Assembly (NCBI GenBank): GCA_002245135.1
Contig: NGBS01000320.1
Coordinates: 1-64,000 of the forward strand
Length of the DNA stretch: 64,000 bases
Source: Proteromonas lacertae
Taxonomy: Eukaryota
Direction: 5' to 3'
In this document: piece by piece, positions 40,641 to 52,252 of the stretch
Layout: each line of letters begins with the position of its first letter
Position numbering within the stretch: position 1 is the first letter of the stretch
The notes under the pieces: generated by a model
Told to the model about the DNA's origin: nothing
What the model saw: only the letters and a program-made list of their open reading frames with translations
Database searches by the model: none
Position numbers and translations under genes: made by a program

Positions 40641-40676
40641 AGATAATATAAATATAGTTTTTATTATATTTAAAGC

Positions 40677-40693
40677 TGTTTGTTTGTTTGTTT
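40677..40693 (+). terminator. (TGTT)n candidate polyadenylation element
   Basis: Four tandem TGTT units starting 37 nt after the stop at 40640. Confidence 0.55.
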
Positions 40694-40737
40694 ACATAAT
40701 TACATAAATTACAGGTAATTATGTAAAAGACACGTGT
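40691..40737. promoter_or_regulatory. 13-bp inverted repeat followed by an E-box (ACACGTGT) upstream of the bHLH gene
   Basis: TTTACATAATTAC (40691-40703) and GTAATTATGTAAA (40715-40727). CACGTG at 40731-40736, about 57 nt before the ATG at 40793. Confidence 0.4.
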
Positions 40738-40792
40738 TATTGTCATTTTTTAATTTTCTCTCTTTCTAACTTAATATTCTGTAATTTAAAAT

Positions 40793-41362
40793 ATGACTCC
40801 TGTATTTATACTTATTTCTATCATATATTTAGACATTTCCCTTAGAAAAAGATTCAAACAAACCAAATCATCAAAACAATGATATTTTCCATTTTTCTAA
40901 TGCAACAAATGATAAAGATGAAGAATTAAAGAGACAGAGAAAAAATGACAGAGAAAAGCGAAGAAGAGAGAATTTTAATCAATCTCTGCTGAATGTATCA
41001 TATTTATCTCTAATAATAAAATCTAGCTGGGTAGAACAATGAATTTAGATTCAAAAATGGATAAAATATCAATTGTTGAAACTGCAGCTTTAGAAATCCA
41101 GCGTTTACAACAAGAAAATCAAATGTTAAGAAATCAATTGATGAAATTAAATCGTCAACCAGAAAGTTCTCCTATTTCTAGAGAATTATCCTTTGGTTTA
41201 GAATCATTAAACGATAATGAGTTACCTCCTTTATATCAAGATGATTTCAACCTTTCATCTACTCCTTTACCTGTATTTATTCCTCCTCCACCAGTCGTTG
41301 TTTCTGACTGTAAAAAACTAAAAATTAATGATCAATTTATTTGTTCGAATATATCTTTTTAA
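40793..41362 (+). CDS. bHLH(-zip) transcription factor
   Basis: Spliced basic region KRQRKNDREKRRRENFNQSL, helix 2 KMDKISIVETAALEIQRLQQENQMLRNQL. Two short introns. Confidence 0.85.
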
Positions 41363-41499
41363 ATGTACAACATGTATATCATTTTATTTTCCCTTAATTA
41401 TTGTGATTTTTTACTATAACCAAGATGAAAATATATAATTAATAATAAGTTTAAATGTGTATATATTTATTGTAAATTTATGTTGTATGTCTTTATTTT

Positions 41500-42040
41500 T
41501 ATCTATGATAGTTTCACTTCAGCATCTATGCAATAATAAAATATATAAATACACAAAATGTAGAAAATATTCAATGTGATTATGATTGCTATGCTTTGAT
41601 ATGGATAAAATGGCAAAACCACAGCATCTAACAACCTAAAAACAATATATAAACACTAATATACTCCCATGTAATAAATAAGGTGGAATAATACAATATA
41701 AAACTGAATAAAAACCCAAGTAATAATGTAACAATAATCTGTCTACTTATTTGATAAAATAACGCATTTCTAATTTGATATTTTTCACATCCTAACTTCT
41801 CCATTATCTTCTTATTTTCATATTCATCTCTTCCAATTGTACTATTCATATAAACATATATAAATATACAATGTTAGATAATATAACGAACAAAGATACA
41901 ACAATGAAATAAGAATATAAAATACATATTTTATCACATTCATTGCATTCTTGATGTTTAATATATCATCTAATATAATAAGATTATTAGAAGTGGAGTA
42001 ATCTGCTGTTGTTTGATGTATACTAGGTGAAATATATAGG

Positions 42041-42075
<35 letters not shown>

Positions 42076-43869
42076 TGTGTTTAGTGTAGAAACAATTTCT
42101 CTTTGTGAATCAATTGGAACATCTTTTTTAAACCTGCCAACCAATTTTGTGTATATAGTTTCATCTATTCAATCAATAAAATGAGTAATACTTTTTATTA
42201 ATAGATTAAATTGATTGATAGAAATCAAAATATCTGATTTTGACACTTCTGCTTCATCTGATTTGAATGTAAAACCAGGAACAACACTACAATAACCAAC
42301 TACATTAAAAATATATGAAAAAGTTCCATTAGCTGTAGAAATATATAACAATAATGGTTTATCATAGTTATTATCATATTCAGATTTAAGTGATTTGGAA
42401 ATATAACCTGAAATAATAGCAGTATCGTTTATAAAAGTATCTTGTTCAAATGCTTTAAATGGATTCTTCATATTATTATATTTCCTTTCACAGTTTAAAT
42501 ACTTATTAAATCTATGCAATGAATAAATGATATATATATATACATTGCATCATAATAATTCTCATCAACTCCATATATATTCATATTATGTTGAATGTAA
42601 TTAGATATTGAACTTAGATAAGTATTATATATAGTTGGATAAGAAGCTAGTGTTGGTGTAATATATGCATAATATGGTTTGATATTATTTGGTAAAGATA
42701 TAAGATAATTATTTACATCATTCTATTCACATATAATAATAATAATAATAATATTTTTTATATACATATGGAATATAATTATTACTCTTTTTCATTGAAT
42801 ATAACAAAATCACTTGCAAAAGACAATTCCAACATTGTATCCATTAATCTCTGTAAATACACAACAATACATTCAAAATAGATAAACATGATTATTGTTA
42901 AGATAATAATATTATCAAATATTATCAATCTTTTATACATAAACAATGATTTTGAGATGTAATTGTACAATTGAAAATACTTCCATTCATTGTTGATTAT
43001 ATAGTTATAAATCCATGTTAATAAACCATTACAAACTAAATATAAAAATATATATAACACAAATATACATGAAACTGAAATAGTGATATACAATATCATC
43101 AATATTGTTACAATTAACAAAAGTTGTTGGTAATTATTCATCATAAATGAAATAGTAAAACCATAAAACATTACTGAACCAAATATCAATAGTAATAGCA
43201 ATAAAGCATAGAATGAATATATTCCTCTTTCTATTATATTGTGTATGAAATATTCTTTTATTTTTGGGTAATAATTATATACTAACAATTGAAATAGATA
43301 TGCAAATATCAATAAACAGGAAGATGTAATAAATGTTTCATCTGTTGGAATATATGGAAATTTATAATGAACTAATTTCTTAGTAAATTGACTATATAAT
43401 AATAATAATAATAGAAAAGTATACTTTGTTATAAAAGTCAACAAAATCGATAATCCAACTGAACATCCATATATAAAAGCTAATGTTAGAAGATAATACC
43501 ATTTAGTTAAATAAGAAGTAATATGATATTTATTAAATGGATTATTAGCTATTGATGATGTTGTGATTGTACCATTGAATGTAATTATATAAAAAATTAC
43601 ATAGATGAAATAGGAATACAATAATATATTCCACATATATCTTATACAGAATGTATAATACTGAAATGTCTAATTATATAATATTACAATAATCAATAAA
43701 TGTAATTTATACACTAAATATACTGTAAAGTGGTAAAGTAACACTAATTCTAGTATTTGCTGGAAATTTCTCAAACAGTTTATTAGTCCAATAAATTGAT
43801 GATTTTTCAATATCTTCATTATATCCTTTTAAACGATTTGGATTTTGAACAATCAACTAATTTATCATA

Positions 43870-43901
<32 letters not shown>

Positions 43902-45029
43902 TATATTATACTTGCATTGTTACATCTTCTACTGGAATTCTTTTATCATCATTTAAACGTTTCATTTCTTAATAACATGTGATATACACCATTCACAAAA
44001 TCTTCAATCATTGATAATTCAATGATAATTACATAATCTAACGAAGATGGATATTTTCCACCTGGTTCTTCAATTATGTCACTTACTGTGAGTGTTAAAT
44101 TATATGAATAATTCTTATCCATTATTTCTGTCAAGTTGAGATTTGTGTTTGTTAAATCAACAACATCAAATATATCATTTAATGAAAGCTATTTTTATTA
44201 TTATATACTATTAAATATATATATACAGTTGCTACTATTACATCATTTGCATGTATTTCCAACTGTTTGTTCATTTGTTTAGATATGTAACAATGATCAT
44301 CTTCAAGTGGTGGATATTTCCAATTATAACCAATCTTTAGTTTTTCTTCCATTTTACTATTAATTGCGAATAAGTATCCATAGTAGATCCATTTATTGGA
44401 TAAATCTTTTGATGTAAACCTCACTGGCAACATCCATCTTGAAGATACTCCGCTTACCACATTTGTATCTGGCACAAAATCCTTCAAATATGTCTACGTA
44501 TATTAGAGTAATAAAATATAGCCAAATTCATAAATGGATATGTTTCTGCTGAAGACAATTGAGCATCTGCAGTGGTAACTTGATTTTCAAATGTTGTAAG
44601 GAAAATAACATTTATGTAACTAATCATATGCTATAAATAAAAGATTAAAAACTAAAGAACTATACAGAAATGAAGATGTAAGACGTTAAAACAACTAATA
44701 AATGTAATAATGGGATGTAACATATAGCATAATGAATTTGACATAATTGAAATAATGTAATAGAGAGTAGAACTATTACTACTATTTCAAGAATTAACGA
44801 AGATTTTTGCTCTTTATCAAATACATTATTATATTACATTAACTTGATGCTTATTAACTTGGTTCAAATTATTATTTCTTACATATATACTGTCTTTAAC
44901 GAAATAATCATTCAATTATACTTCTTGAATAAATCACCTTACAAAGTATTTTTGTTGTTAGATACTACATTTTTAATACATTCTCATATAACAATCTTGA
45001 ATAGAACAATGGAATAAATGTCGATACAT
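41500..45029 (-). CDS. Large multi-pass membrane protein, eukaryotic FtsX/ABC3 permease-like
   Basis: Two halves, each with a TM, a large lumenal loop and a TM bundle. Motifs PPLEDDHCYISKQMNKQLEIHANDVI, PGGKYP, VVPGFTF and C-terminal R.EY...LG. Both ends are approximate. Confidence 0.55.
42043..42072. repeat. (TA)n microsatellite within an intron
   Basis: About 15 TA units. Similar intronic tracts occur near 9503-9526 and 43869-43895. Confidence 0.85.
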
Positions 45030-45081
45030 AAAATACACAAAATACATTGCATTTTTTGTATTTTAATTCATCTCGAAAATA

Positions 45082-46580
45082 ATGTCAGCTGCACCATTAG
45101 TAGTCATATTTATGGGATCTAAAGCAGATTCCAAACACTGTGAAAAGATTGGTAATGCTTTAAAAGTATTTCTCAATTGTTATCATATTTCAACAATAGA
45201 ATTATGGCATTAACTATGAAGAACGTGTTGCATCAGCTCACAAAACACCTGCTCGTCTCTTACAACTTCTTAATGCTTATGAACAAGATCCAAGACCAAA
45301 AGTCTACATTACAGTTGCTGGTCGTTCAAATGCTTTATCAGGTTTCGCTGATGCATCAGTTGTTACTCCAATCATTTGCTGTCCACCACCATCTGAAACT
45401 TTTGGTGGAGCTGATTTATTTTCTTCAATCCGTATGCCAAGTGGAGTTGCACCAATGTTGATTCTTGAACCAGCCAATGCTGCTTTAGCATGTGCCAAAA
45501 TCTTCGCATTAGTATTCCCAGAATTCAAAGAAAAAATAACCAATCTCCATTTAGCTAACGCACAATTATTATACGTCGATGATGCTGAATTACACACAAA
45601 ATCTTATCACGACAAAATAGCTGAAGAAAGAAAAGTAACCTTAGAAAAGACAGAAATCTCAATTCCAGGAATTAAGTTAAGTAAAACCGGAAAAGTCAGA
45701 GATCAATATATAACTGAAGATAACAGCAAAGTTATATTAATCACTACTGACAGAGTAAGTGCATTTGACCGTGTATTAACCACAATTCCATACAAAGGTC
45801 AAGTATTGAACTTAACTAGTGCCTGGTGGTTTGAACATACAAAACACATCATTCCAAACCATATGATCAGTGTTCCAAGTGGAAGTGTCTTAATTGCTAA
45901 AAAATGCACTCCATTCCCAATTGAGTTTGTAATTAGAGGTTATTTATGTGGTAGTACTGAAACATCAATTTGGACTAACTACAATAAAGGTGTAAGAGAA
46001 TACTGTGGACATCATTTACCAGAAGGAATGATTAAAAATCAAAAATTATGGGCTAATATCTGCACACCCACTACAAAGGATGATTTACATGATGAATGTT
46101 TAAGTGTTGAAGATATAGTCAAACGTAACATAATGACACAACATGATACTGATGTTTGTGTAGAAACAGCATTGAAATTATTCAACTTCGGACAACAAGT
46201 AGCTAAAGAACATGGTTTAATATTAGTTGATACTAAATATGAATTTGGTAAAGGATGAAAATGGTAATATTACATTAATTGACGAAATCCATACTCCAGA
46301 TAGTAGTAGATATTGGATTGCTTCAACCTATGAGGAAAGAATGAGAGAAGGTAAAAATCCTGATAATATTGATAAAGAATTCATCAGATTATGGTTTAAA
46401 GATAATTGTGATCCATATAAGGATGAAAAGTTACCAGAAGCCCCTGATCACTTAAGAGATGAATTGAGTCGTAGATATTTACAATTATATGAAATGATTA
46501 CAGGTGAAAACTTCCCATTCCCAGATGAATCAATTGCTGCTAATGAAAGAATAAATATTGCTTTAAAGAAGAGTTTATAA
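45082..46580 (+). CDS. purE-purC: Bifunctional class II AIR carboxylase (PurE, N-terminal) and SAICAR synthetase (PurC, C-terminal)
   Basis: VVIFMGSKAD, RVASAHKTP, ITVAGRSNALSG and SSIRMPSGV (class II PurE), then GKVRDQY, TDRVSAFD, LVDTKYEFG, DEIHTPDSSRYW and DKEFIRLW (PurC). One intron near 45166-45199 and one extra base near 46252. Confidence 0.93.
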
Positions 46581-46688
46581 ATAGAATAATATTTGGAAAG
46601 AAAAAAGGATTGTTATGAATGTTTTTGTGATTTTTATTGTGTGTTTTTTGATAATTAAAAGAAATGAATATGTTTGAATGATGGTTTG

Positions 46689-48756
46689 ATGATTGTTTTT
46701 CTTTTTTTATTGTTTTCTCCTTGTTTTGCAGTTAATTCTGCAAATTGTATTTTGAAAGATGTTAGACAGAACGAAGCAATAGAATGCGCTGTTAATGAAG
46801 AAATAGATGGAGTAGGTAGCAAATTAAAGGGTTCTAATCTATATAATACCACCTATCTTCCAGATCATCCATATTTATGTAATATAGACACAATTGGAAG
46901 GTTAAATAATAATACAGCGTTAATTGTCAAACGAGGTAATTGTTCTTTTTATGAAAAAGCACAAAATGCCGAGAAGCTAGGAGCATCCGCTGTAATCATT
47001 ATAAACTCAGTAGAATCATATTATAATATGTCAACTCAACAAATCCTTGATCCTTGTGAATTAAAATGTGATTATGGATCATCTTATACTACTGTATAGT
47101 TATATCAATAGTTATACATTTTTATAGAACATTACCCTAGATAATATCTTAAATGGATATAAAGATAGTGAATGTAGTTTATCAAGTAGTTGTTTAAGTC
47201 ATTCTTGTGGATTGGAAGATCCAAAAAAAGATGAAGCAAAAAGACAATTATGTTGCATTGATGATGATTATATTTACTTATCAAGAGGTAGAAAACAGAA
47301 GAGAATATCAATTCCTGTAATATTTGTAATATTGGAAAATAGAGATTGGTTTGAAAAATCGTATTTTTATTATTTTATTTCTTTTTTAAATTAATTTAGT
47401 CGAATAATTGAAATATCCAATATTGATGAAACATTTGATGATCCTTCACTTGCATTATTATTATTAGCATATGGTATTGTGTTCTTTTCATGCATATTCG
47501 CTACTTCAAGTGTATATTTTTTATTTTTTTATATATCAAAAATTAGACTCCTTTGAATAGTGATTTATCATCCACAGAATTACTAAAATCATCTGAAATG
47601 ATGTCCAATCAAATTTCAGTGAAGTTTGTTGTTATTTATTTGGTATTATGTATATTGATGTTGGTTGGATTATTCTTTTTGCTAAAAGCATTTCCCATAT
47701 TGATTATTATAGTATTTATTTTTTATTTTTTATTTTCCTATATCTTTTTTAGCTTTTATATTTCTTATATTGTTGTGGTTCTATTCCTGCATTTGTAATA
47801 GTGATTCAAAGATTATTTACGATGTGTGCTAATAAAAACAAAAAATCAAAGAAATGGAATTTGTTAGTTGAAATAATTTCATATGTTATACCAATTACAG
47901 TTTCATTTGTTTTCTTTTTTACACGTCATTAGTATATATATATTTATTATTATTTATATTTCATAATATTATATAGTAATTTTTCATGGATATTACAGAA
48001 TATAATGGGATTCTTTTTTACATGTTTTTTATTAGAATTTATTAAATTTCCATCATTAAAAGTATATATTGAATATTTTTTTATTTTCTTATCAGTCTTG
48101 TACAATTTTACTGTCAATCTTCTTTTGTTATGATATTTTCATGACATTTATAACTCCACTAATATTTGGAAGTAGTGTAATGCAAGATGTAGCAACAGCT
48201 GGTAAAGAGACAACCAATATAATTGTAGAAAATGGAATGAGAATATGTGAAATTAGCCAAGAAGAAAGAATGCCAATGTTGTTATTAATACCATATCATG
48301 TCAGAGGGAAATGTATATATATAATTAATTATTATTATTATTATATGCATATAGTAACATATACAATGTTAGGATTGGGAGATGTAGCTTTACCAAGTAT
48401 TCTATTAGTCTATTTATTACGATTTGATCGAAAGAATCATACTTACTGTAAAGGATATTTTATAATCTCATTTATTGGATATTGCTTTGGATTATTATTT
48501 ACATTTATAGCTATTGTGATTGGTTTTGAAGTGAATGGAGTTAGAGGTCAACCTGCTTTGTTATATATTGTGCCTTGTATATTAATTCCATGTCTTATTA
48601 TTGGCTCGTTTAAGGAATCAATTCACTGGTTTGTGGAATGGAAGTTTAGTTAAGTTTTCTTCAAAGACTTCGGAATGTGATCCTGAGTCGTATATGGATA
48701 ATGAACCAGTTGAACCGAATGATCAAACTTCATTATTATCTGGTAATAGTGTTTAA
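46689..48756 (+). CDS. Signal peptide peptidase-like aspartyl protease (SPPL2-type, PA domain)
   Basis: Signal peptide, PA domain LIVKRGNCSFYEKAQNAEKLGASAVIIIN, catalytic CYDIF and LGLGD, and GQPALLYIVP. Confidence 0.92.
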
Positions 48757-48880
48757 TTATATAAAATTTAAATATCTTTTCTTGCTTCTTCTGATTTTGT
48801 TGTTGATTGATAAAAACTTATCATAATTCAATAGATAAAAAGGATTTCAATTTTTACCATATTTGACCAATTACATTGAC

Positions 48881-50095
48881 ATGGATTCAAAACAATCAAA
48901 ACCTCAACTAACCATTCATACGCCAAATGTTAGACTGTGTATAAATACCATTAGTCCAATCAAAGTAAAAATACCAGCGGATGATGGACCAGTTGAAGTA
49001 AATGTAATTTCTTCTCATAAACATAAACATTCTACATCAATCAAATATCGTCAAACTAGAACAAATGATAGTGAAGATTTGCCTAGAATATCAGCAAATT
49101 CTTACAATAGCAGTTATAATTCATACTCAAACAATCTAAATACAAAAGATAGTGGTTATAATACTCATAGTTCTATATCATTACCAGAACCATACAAACC
49201 ATCAACATTATACTCACCAGGAAACAATTATAGTTTTTATCCATCCAATCAATCGTATATTATTCCAGAGTCAGGATTTAATACATCCTTACACGTTCCT
49301 CCTCCTCGCGTATCTCCAGTAAAACCAATGTCTTATCCTACTACAAATCAAGCATCTGCACTTAATTCTGACTATCTTAGTTCATTACCTCATTACACAT
49401 TTCATGCTGAAGATCCTGTTAATAACTATAATCATGAATATATCCCTCCTTCAACCTCATTGTTTAATACATCTTCCATTCCTATAGTTAATTCAGAATC
49501 AGTATCTCCTTCATCATTTTCAGTTAAAGATCATCCTCTTAATACATACCAACCAACAACAAGATCAATAACAAGTAATTATATCAATAATATAAACAGA
49601 AATGTTATGAATGATAATAATAATAATGAAAGAAGACCTTCTATAACATCCAATCCTTCGATCTCTCAACCAAATTATTCAGTATATAGCAAAGAAAATC
49701 AACAACAGCAAAATGGTGTTTCTTCGTCTTTACCACATCCTCCAACTACTTATAAAAAGGATGATATCGATCTACCACCAAATTTAGATGAAATAATGCA
49801 AAGGTATTCTCCAGAAAAGGATGAAATTCGAAAAGATGATGAGTTTACCACTGAAAATATTATTAATAACTATACAAAAGAGTTAAATGAAGAGGAAAAT
49901 AATGATGAAGATGTGTATATCCCTAATAATAAGAATTACATAGCTGATTTAAGTAATTCACATTCTGTGAGTGAAAATAAAGATGAAGTGAGTAGTAATA
50001 GTGAAGGTAGTATAATAATAACCCCCAAAGATAGTAACAATGATTTGGAGTTGAATATTAACACTGAAGAAGTAAATCAGCCATTCGACACATAG
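48881..50095 (+). CDS. S/N/P-rich low-complexity hypothetical protein
   Basis: Intronless ORF of about 405 codons from the ATG at 48881. No domain recognised. Confidence 0.65.
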   Translation: MDSKQSKPQLTIHTPNVRLCINTISPIKVKIPADDGPVEVNVISSHKHKHSTSIKYRQTRTNDSEDLPRISANSYNSSYNSYSNNLNTKDSGYNTHSSISLPEPYKPSTLYSPGNNYSFYPSNQSYIIPESGFNTSLHVPPPRVSPVKPMSYPTTNQASALNSDYLSSLPHYTFHAEDPVNNYNHEYIPPSTSLFNTSSIPIVNSESVSPSSFSVKDHPLNTYQPTTRSITSNYINNINRNVMNDNNNNERRPSITSNPSISQPNYSVYSKENQQQQNGVSSSLPHPPTTYKKDDIDLPPNLDEIMQRYSPEKDEIRKDDEFTTENIINNYTKELNEEENNDEDVYIPNNKNYIADLSNSHSVSENKDEVSSNSEGSIIITPKDSNNDLELNINTEEVNQPFDT

Positions 50096-50217
50096 TAATT
50101 ATGTTAATGACGCTTATATTAATTTTTACTATTTGATTTTTTTATTATGGCTTGTTTATTACACCCCAATACATAAAATCAACCTACTAAATTAGCTTAA
50201 ATACACTTATTCACATC

Positions 50218-50475
50218 TCACATAAATTCTACTTTATCAAGAGGTACTTGAGTTTTTATTTCATTCTGTTTCTCATCGATATATTCACAAACGTAATACT
50301 GATGGCCGTTTTCGTATTGAGCAAATCCTAGAGCCTTGCAATATTGATATATTCCCTTCTTTTTGTCTATTATATAAGCCTGTTTCGGTGATGGAAATGC
50401 TTCGTTTATTCTTTTAGCTAATTGGTTGTGTTGAGGAGAGGATGGAATAATATGACAGTATTTAGGTTTTCCCAT
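50218..50475 (-). CDS. Small hypothetical protein (85 aa)
   Basis: ATG-initiated ORF with globular-looking composition, GC richer than its flanks. Confidence 0.5.
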   Translation of the reverse strand: MGKPKYCHIIPSSPQHNQLAKRINEAFPSPKQAYIIDKKKGIYQYCKALGFAQYENGHQYYVCEYIDEKQNEIKTQVPLDKVEFM

Positions 50476-50856
50476 TTCTAAATGACGGATTGATTATAAA
50501 TAAATGAGAATTTAAAGTAGGTTGTTTTTTTAGTGTAAATATGTGGGTTTTATGTGAAAATAAGTGTTTTTTGTTGTTTACATTAACTTTCTAGAAAGAA
50601 TTAGAAAAAAAGAAACTTTGGTTGATATTATTACTCTTCAAGATATGTTCATGGGAGTTACTGTACAACAGAAGAATATTAATATGAATCATTTTATACT
50701 AATAATTTAATAAGTAGAATGTTAAGTATCTAATCACAGTTGTTTATTTTCTTACTTCTAAAACTCTCTATATTCTTTAAATAACTATCAAAAATAAATA
50801 CATTCTAATACATTCAAAATAGATTTTATAAAAGAATTGTATTTCTTTCTTTTTGA

Positions 50857-52085
50857 ATGAATTATCAACTGTTTGGTTTAGTCCTAATTGCTCTATTATC
50901 TTTTTCATGTGCTTTAAATCATGATGACAAGTACTATAAAGAAAAATTTGAGGATTTTCAAAAAACATATAATAAACAGTACAAATCAATAGAAGAAAAA
51001 AAGTATCATCACTTATTTTTATTCTTCAAGTAAATCGATACAATATATTCTGTAATAATGTTGATGAAATTGAAGAGAAAAACAAGAAGAGTATTACACA
51101 CCCTTATGGCATTAATAAATTCACAGATCAGACAAAAGAAGAATTTTCATCACAAAATTCATTGAATACTGCACAAATTCAAAAAATGATGAAATCTAGA
51201 AATCTTAAAAGCATTTTAACAACAGAAAATGACAAAAGCTCCATCTTCTTTAGATTGGCGTGATAAGAATGTAGTGTCACCAGTCAGAAATCAACATGCA
51301 AAAGCTTGTGGATCTTGTTATATTCATTCAGCCTTAAGTGCAATAGAAAGCAAATATTTCATCGATTCTGGAAATGAAAATTCTCTAAGTGACCAACAAA
51401 TATTAGACTGTGATCCTTCAAACACCTGTTTAGGAGGAGATCCTAATGAAGTAGCTAAATATATAGGTATGGAAGGTAAAATGTGTAGTTGTAAAGAATA
51501 TCCTTGGGAAGGGAAGAAAGAATCATGTAAACTATCTAGTTGTAAAACAATTTATGAATTACCTGGAATATGAGTTTGTTGCAGTTGAACCTCCATCAGA
51601 ATCTTCTTTATTCAATGCTGTACTACAACAACCAATATTAATAACAATGTCAGATGAATTATTGAAGGATTATGTTAGTGGAGTGATAACTGATAAATGT
51701 GAAAATCAAATTAACCATGCTGCTCTTCTAATTGGTTATGGAAGTGAAAATGGAACTGATTATTGGTTGATTAAAAATAGTTTTGGTGAAGATTGGGGTG
51801 AAAAAGGATTCTTTAAGCTTCAGCGTAATTCAGGAGATAAATATGGGAAGTGTCAAGTAGCTGGAGGTGCTTCTTTGACTTTATTAAAGCAAAACGACTA
51901 TAAAAAAGGTATGAGCGGAGGAGAAATATTCTTAGAAATAGTTGTTCCAGTTGTAGTAGGAATAGGTTTATTGATATTTGTATATATCTATTTCTTTAAA
52001 TGCTACGGATGTAGAAAAGTTCAGCATGAAAGCAAAGGCACTAGAGTTAAAAACAGCTAGAGGAGCAGCATTAGATGAAATTTAA
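50857..52085 (+). CDS. Papain-family (C1A) cysteine protease with I29 prodomain and C-terminal TM anchor
   Basis: Signal peptide MNYQLFGLVLIALLSFSCA, prodomain (FQKTYNKQY, GINKFTD), PSSLDWR, NQHAKACGSCY, LSDQQILDCD, NHAALLIGYG, YWLIKNSFGEDWGEKGF, and TM IVVPVVVGIGLLIFVYIYFF. Extra base near 51567; the stop is 52060 or 52085. Confidence 0.92.
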
Positions 52086-52213
52086 TTATTAAATACTTGT
52101 ATATGTCCAATATATCTCAAATTTTAACAATAAAATTGGATTATATTCGATTTATCTTTTCTACATCATGTTTTATATTCTCCTCTTATTATTTTGTTTT
52201 ATAATAATTAAAT

Positions 52214-52221
52214 AACAAACA
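52214..52221 (-). terminator. TGTTTGTT candidate polyadenylation element
   Basis: AACAAACA on the + strand, about 32 nt downstream of the PPR gene stop. Confidence 0.5.
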
Positions 52222-52252
52222 TTTTAATAATAAAAATAAAAGTAAAAAATAT

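Noticed and set aside
46240..46262. Programmed frameshifting or TGA recoding in purC (also papain near 51567, IFT74 near 17720, BTB gene near 60025)
   Set aside because: The breaks are single-base gains or losses in short A-rich runs, occur in both directions and share no slippery or stop motif. Long-read consensus error is the simpler explanation; read mapping would decide.
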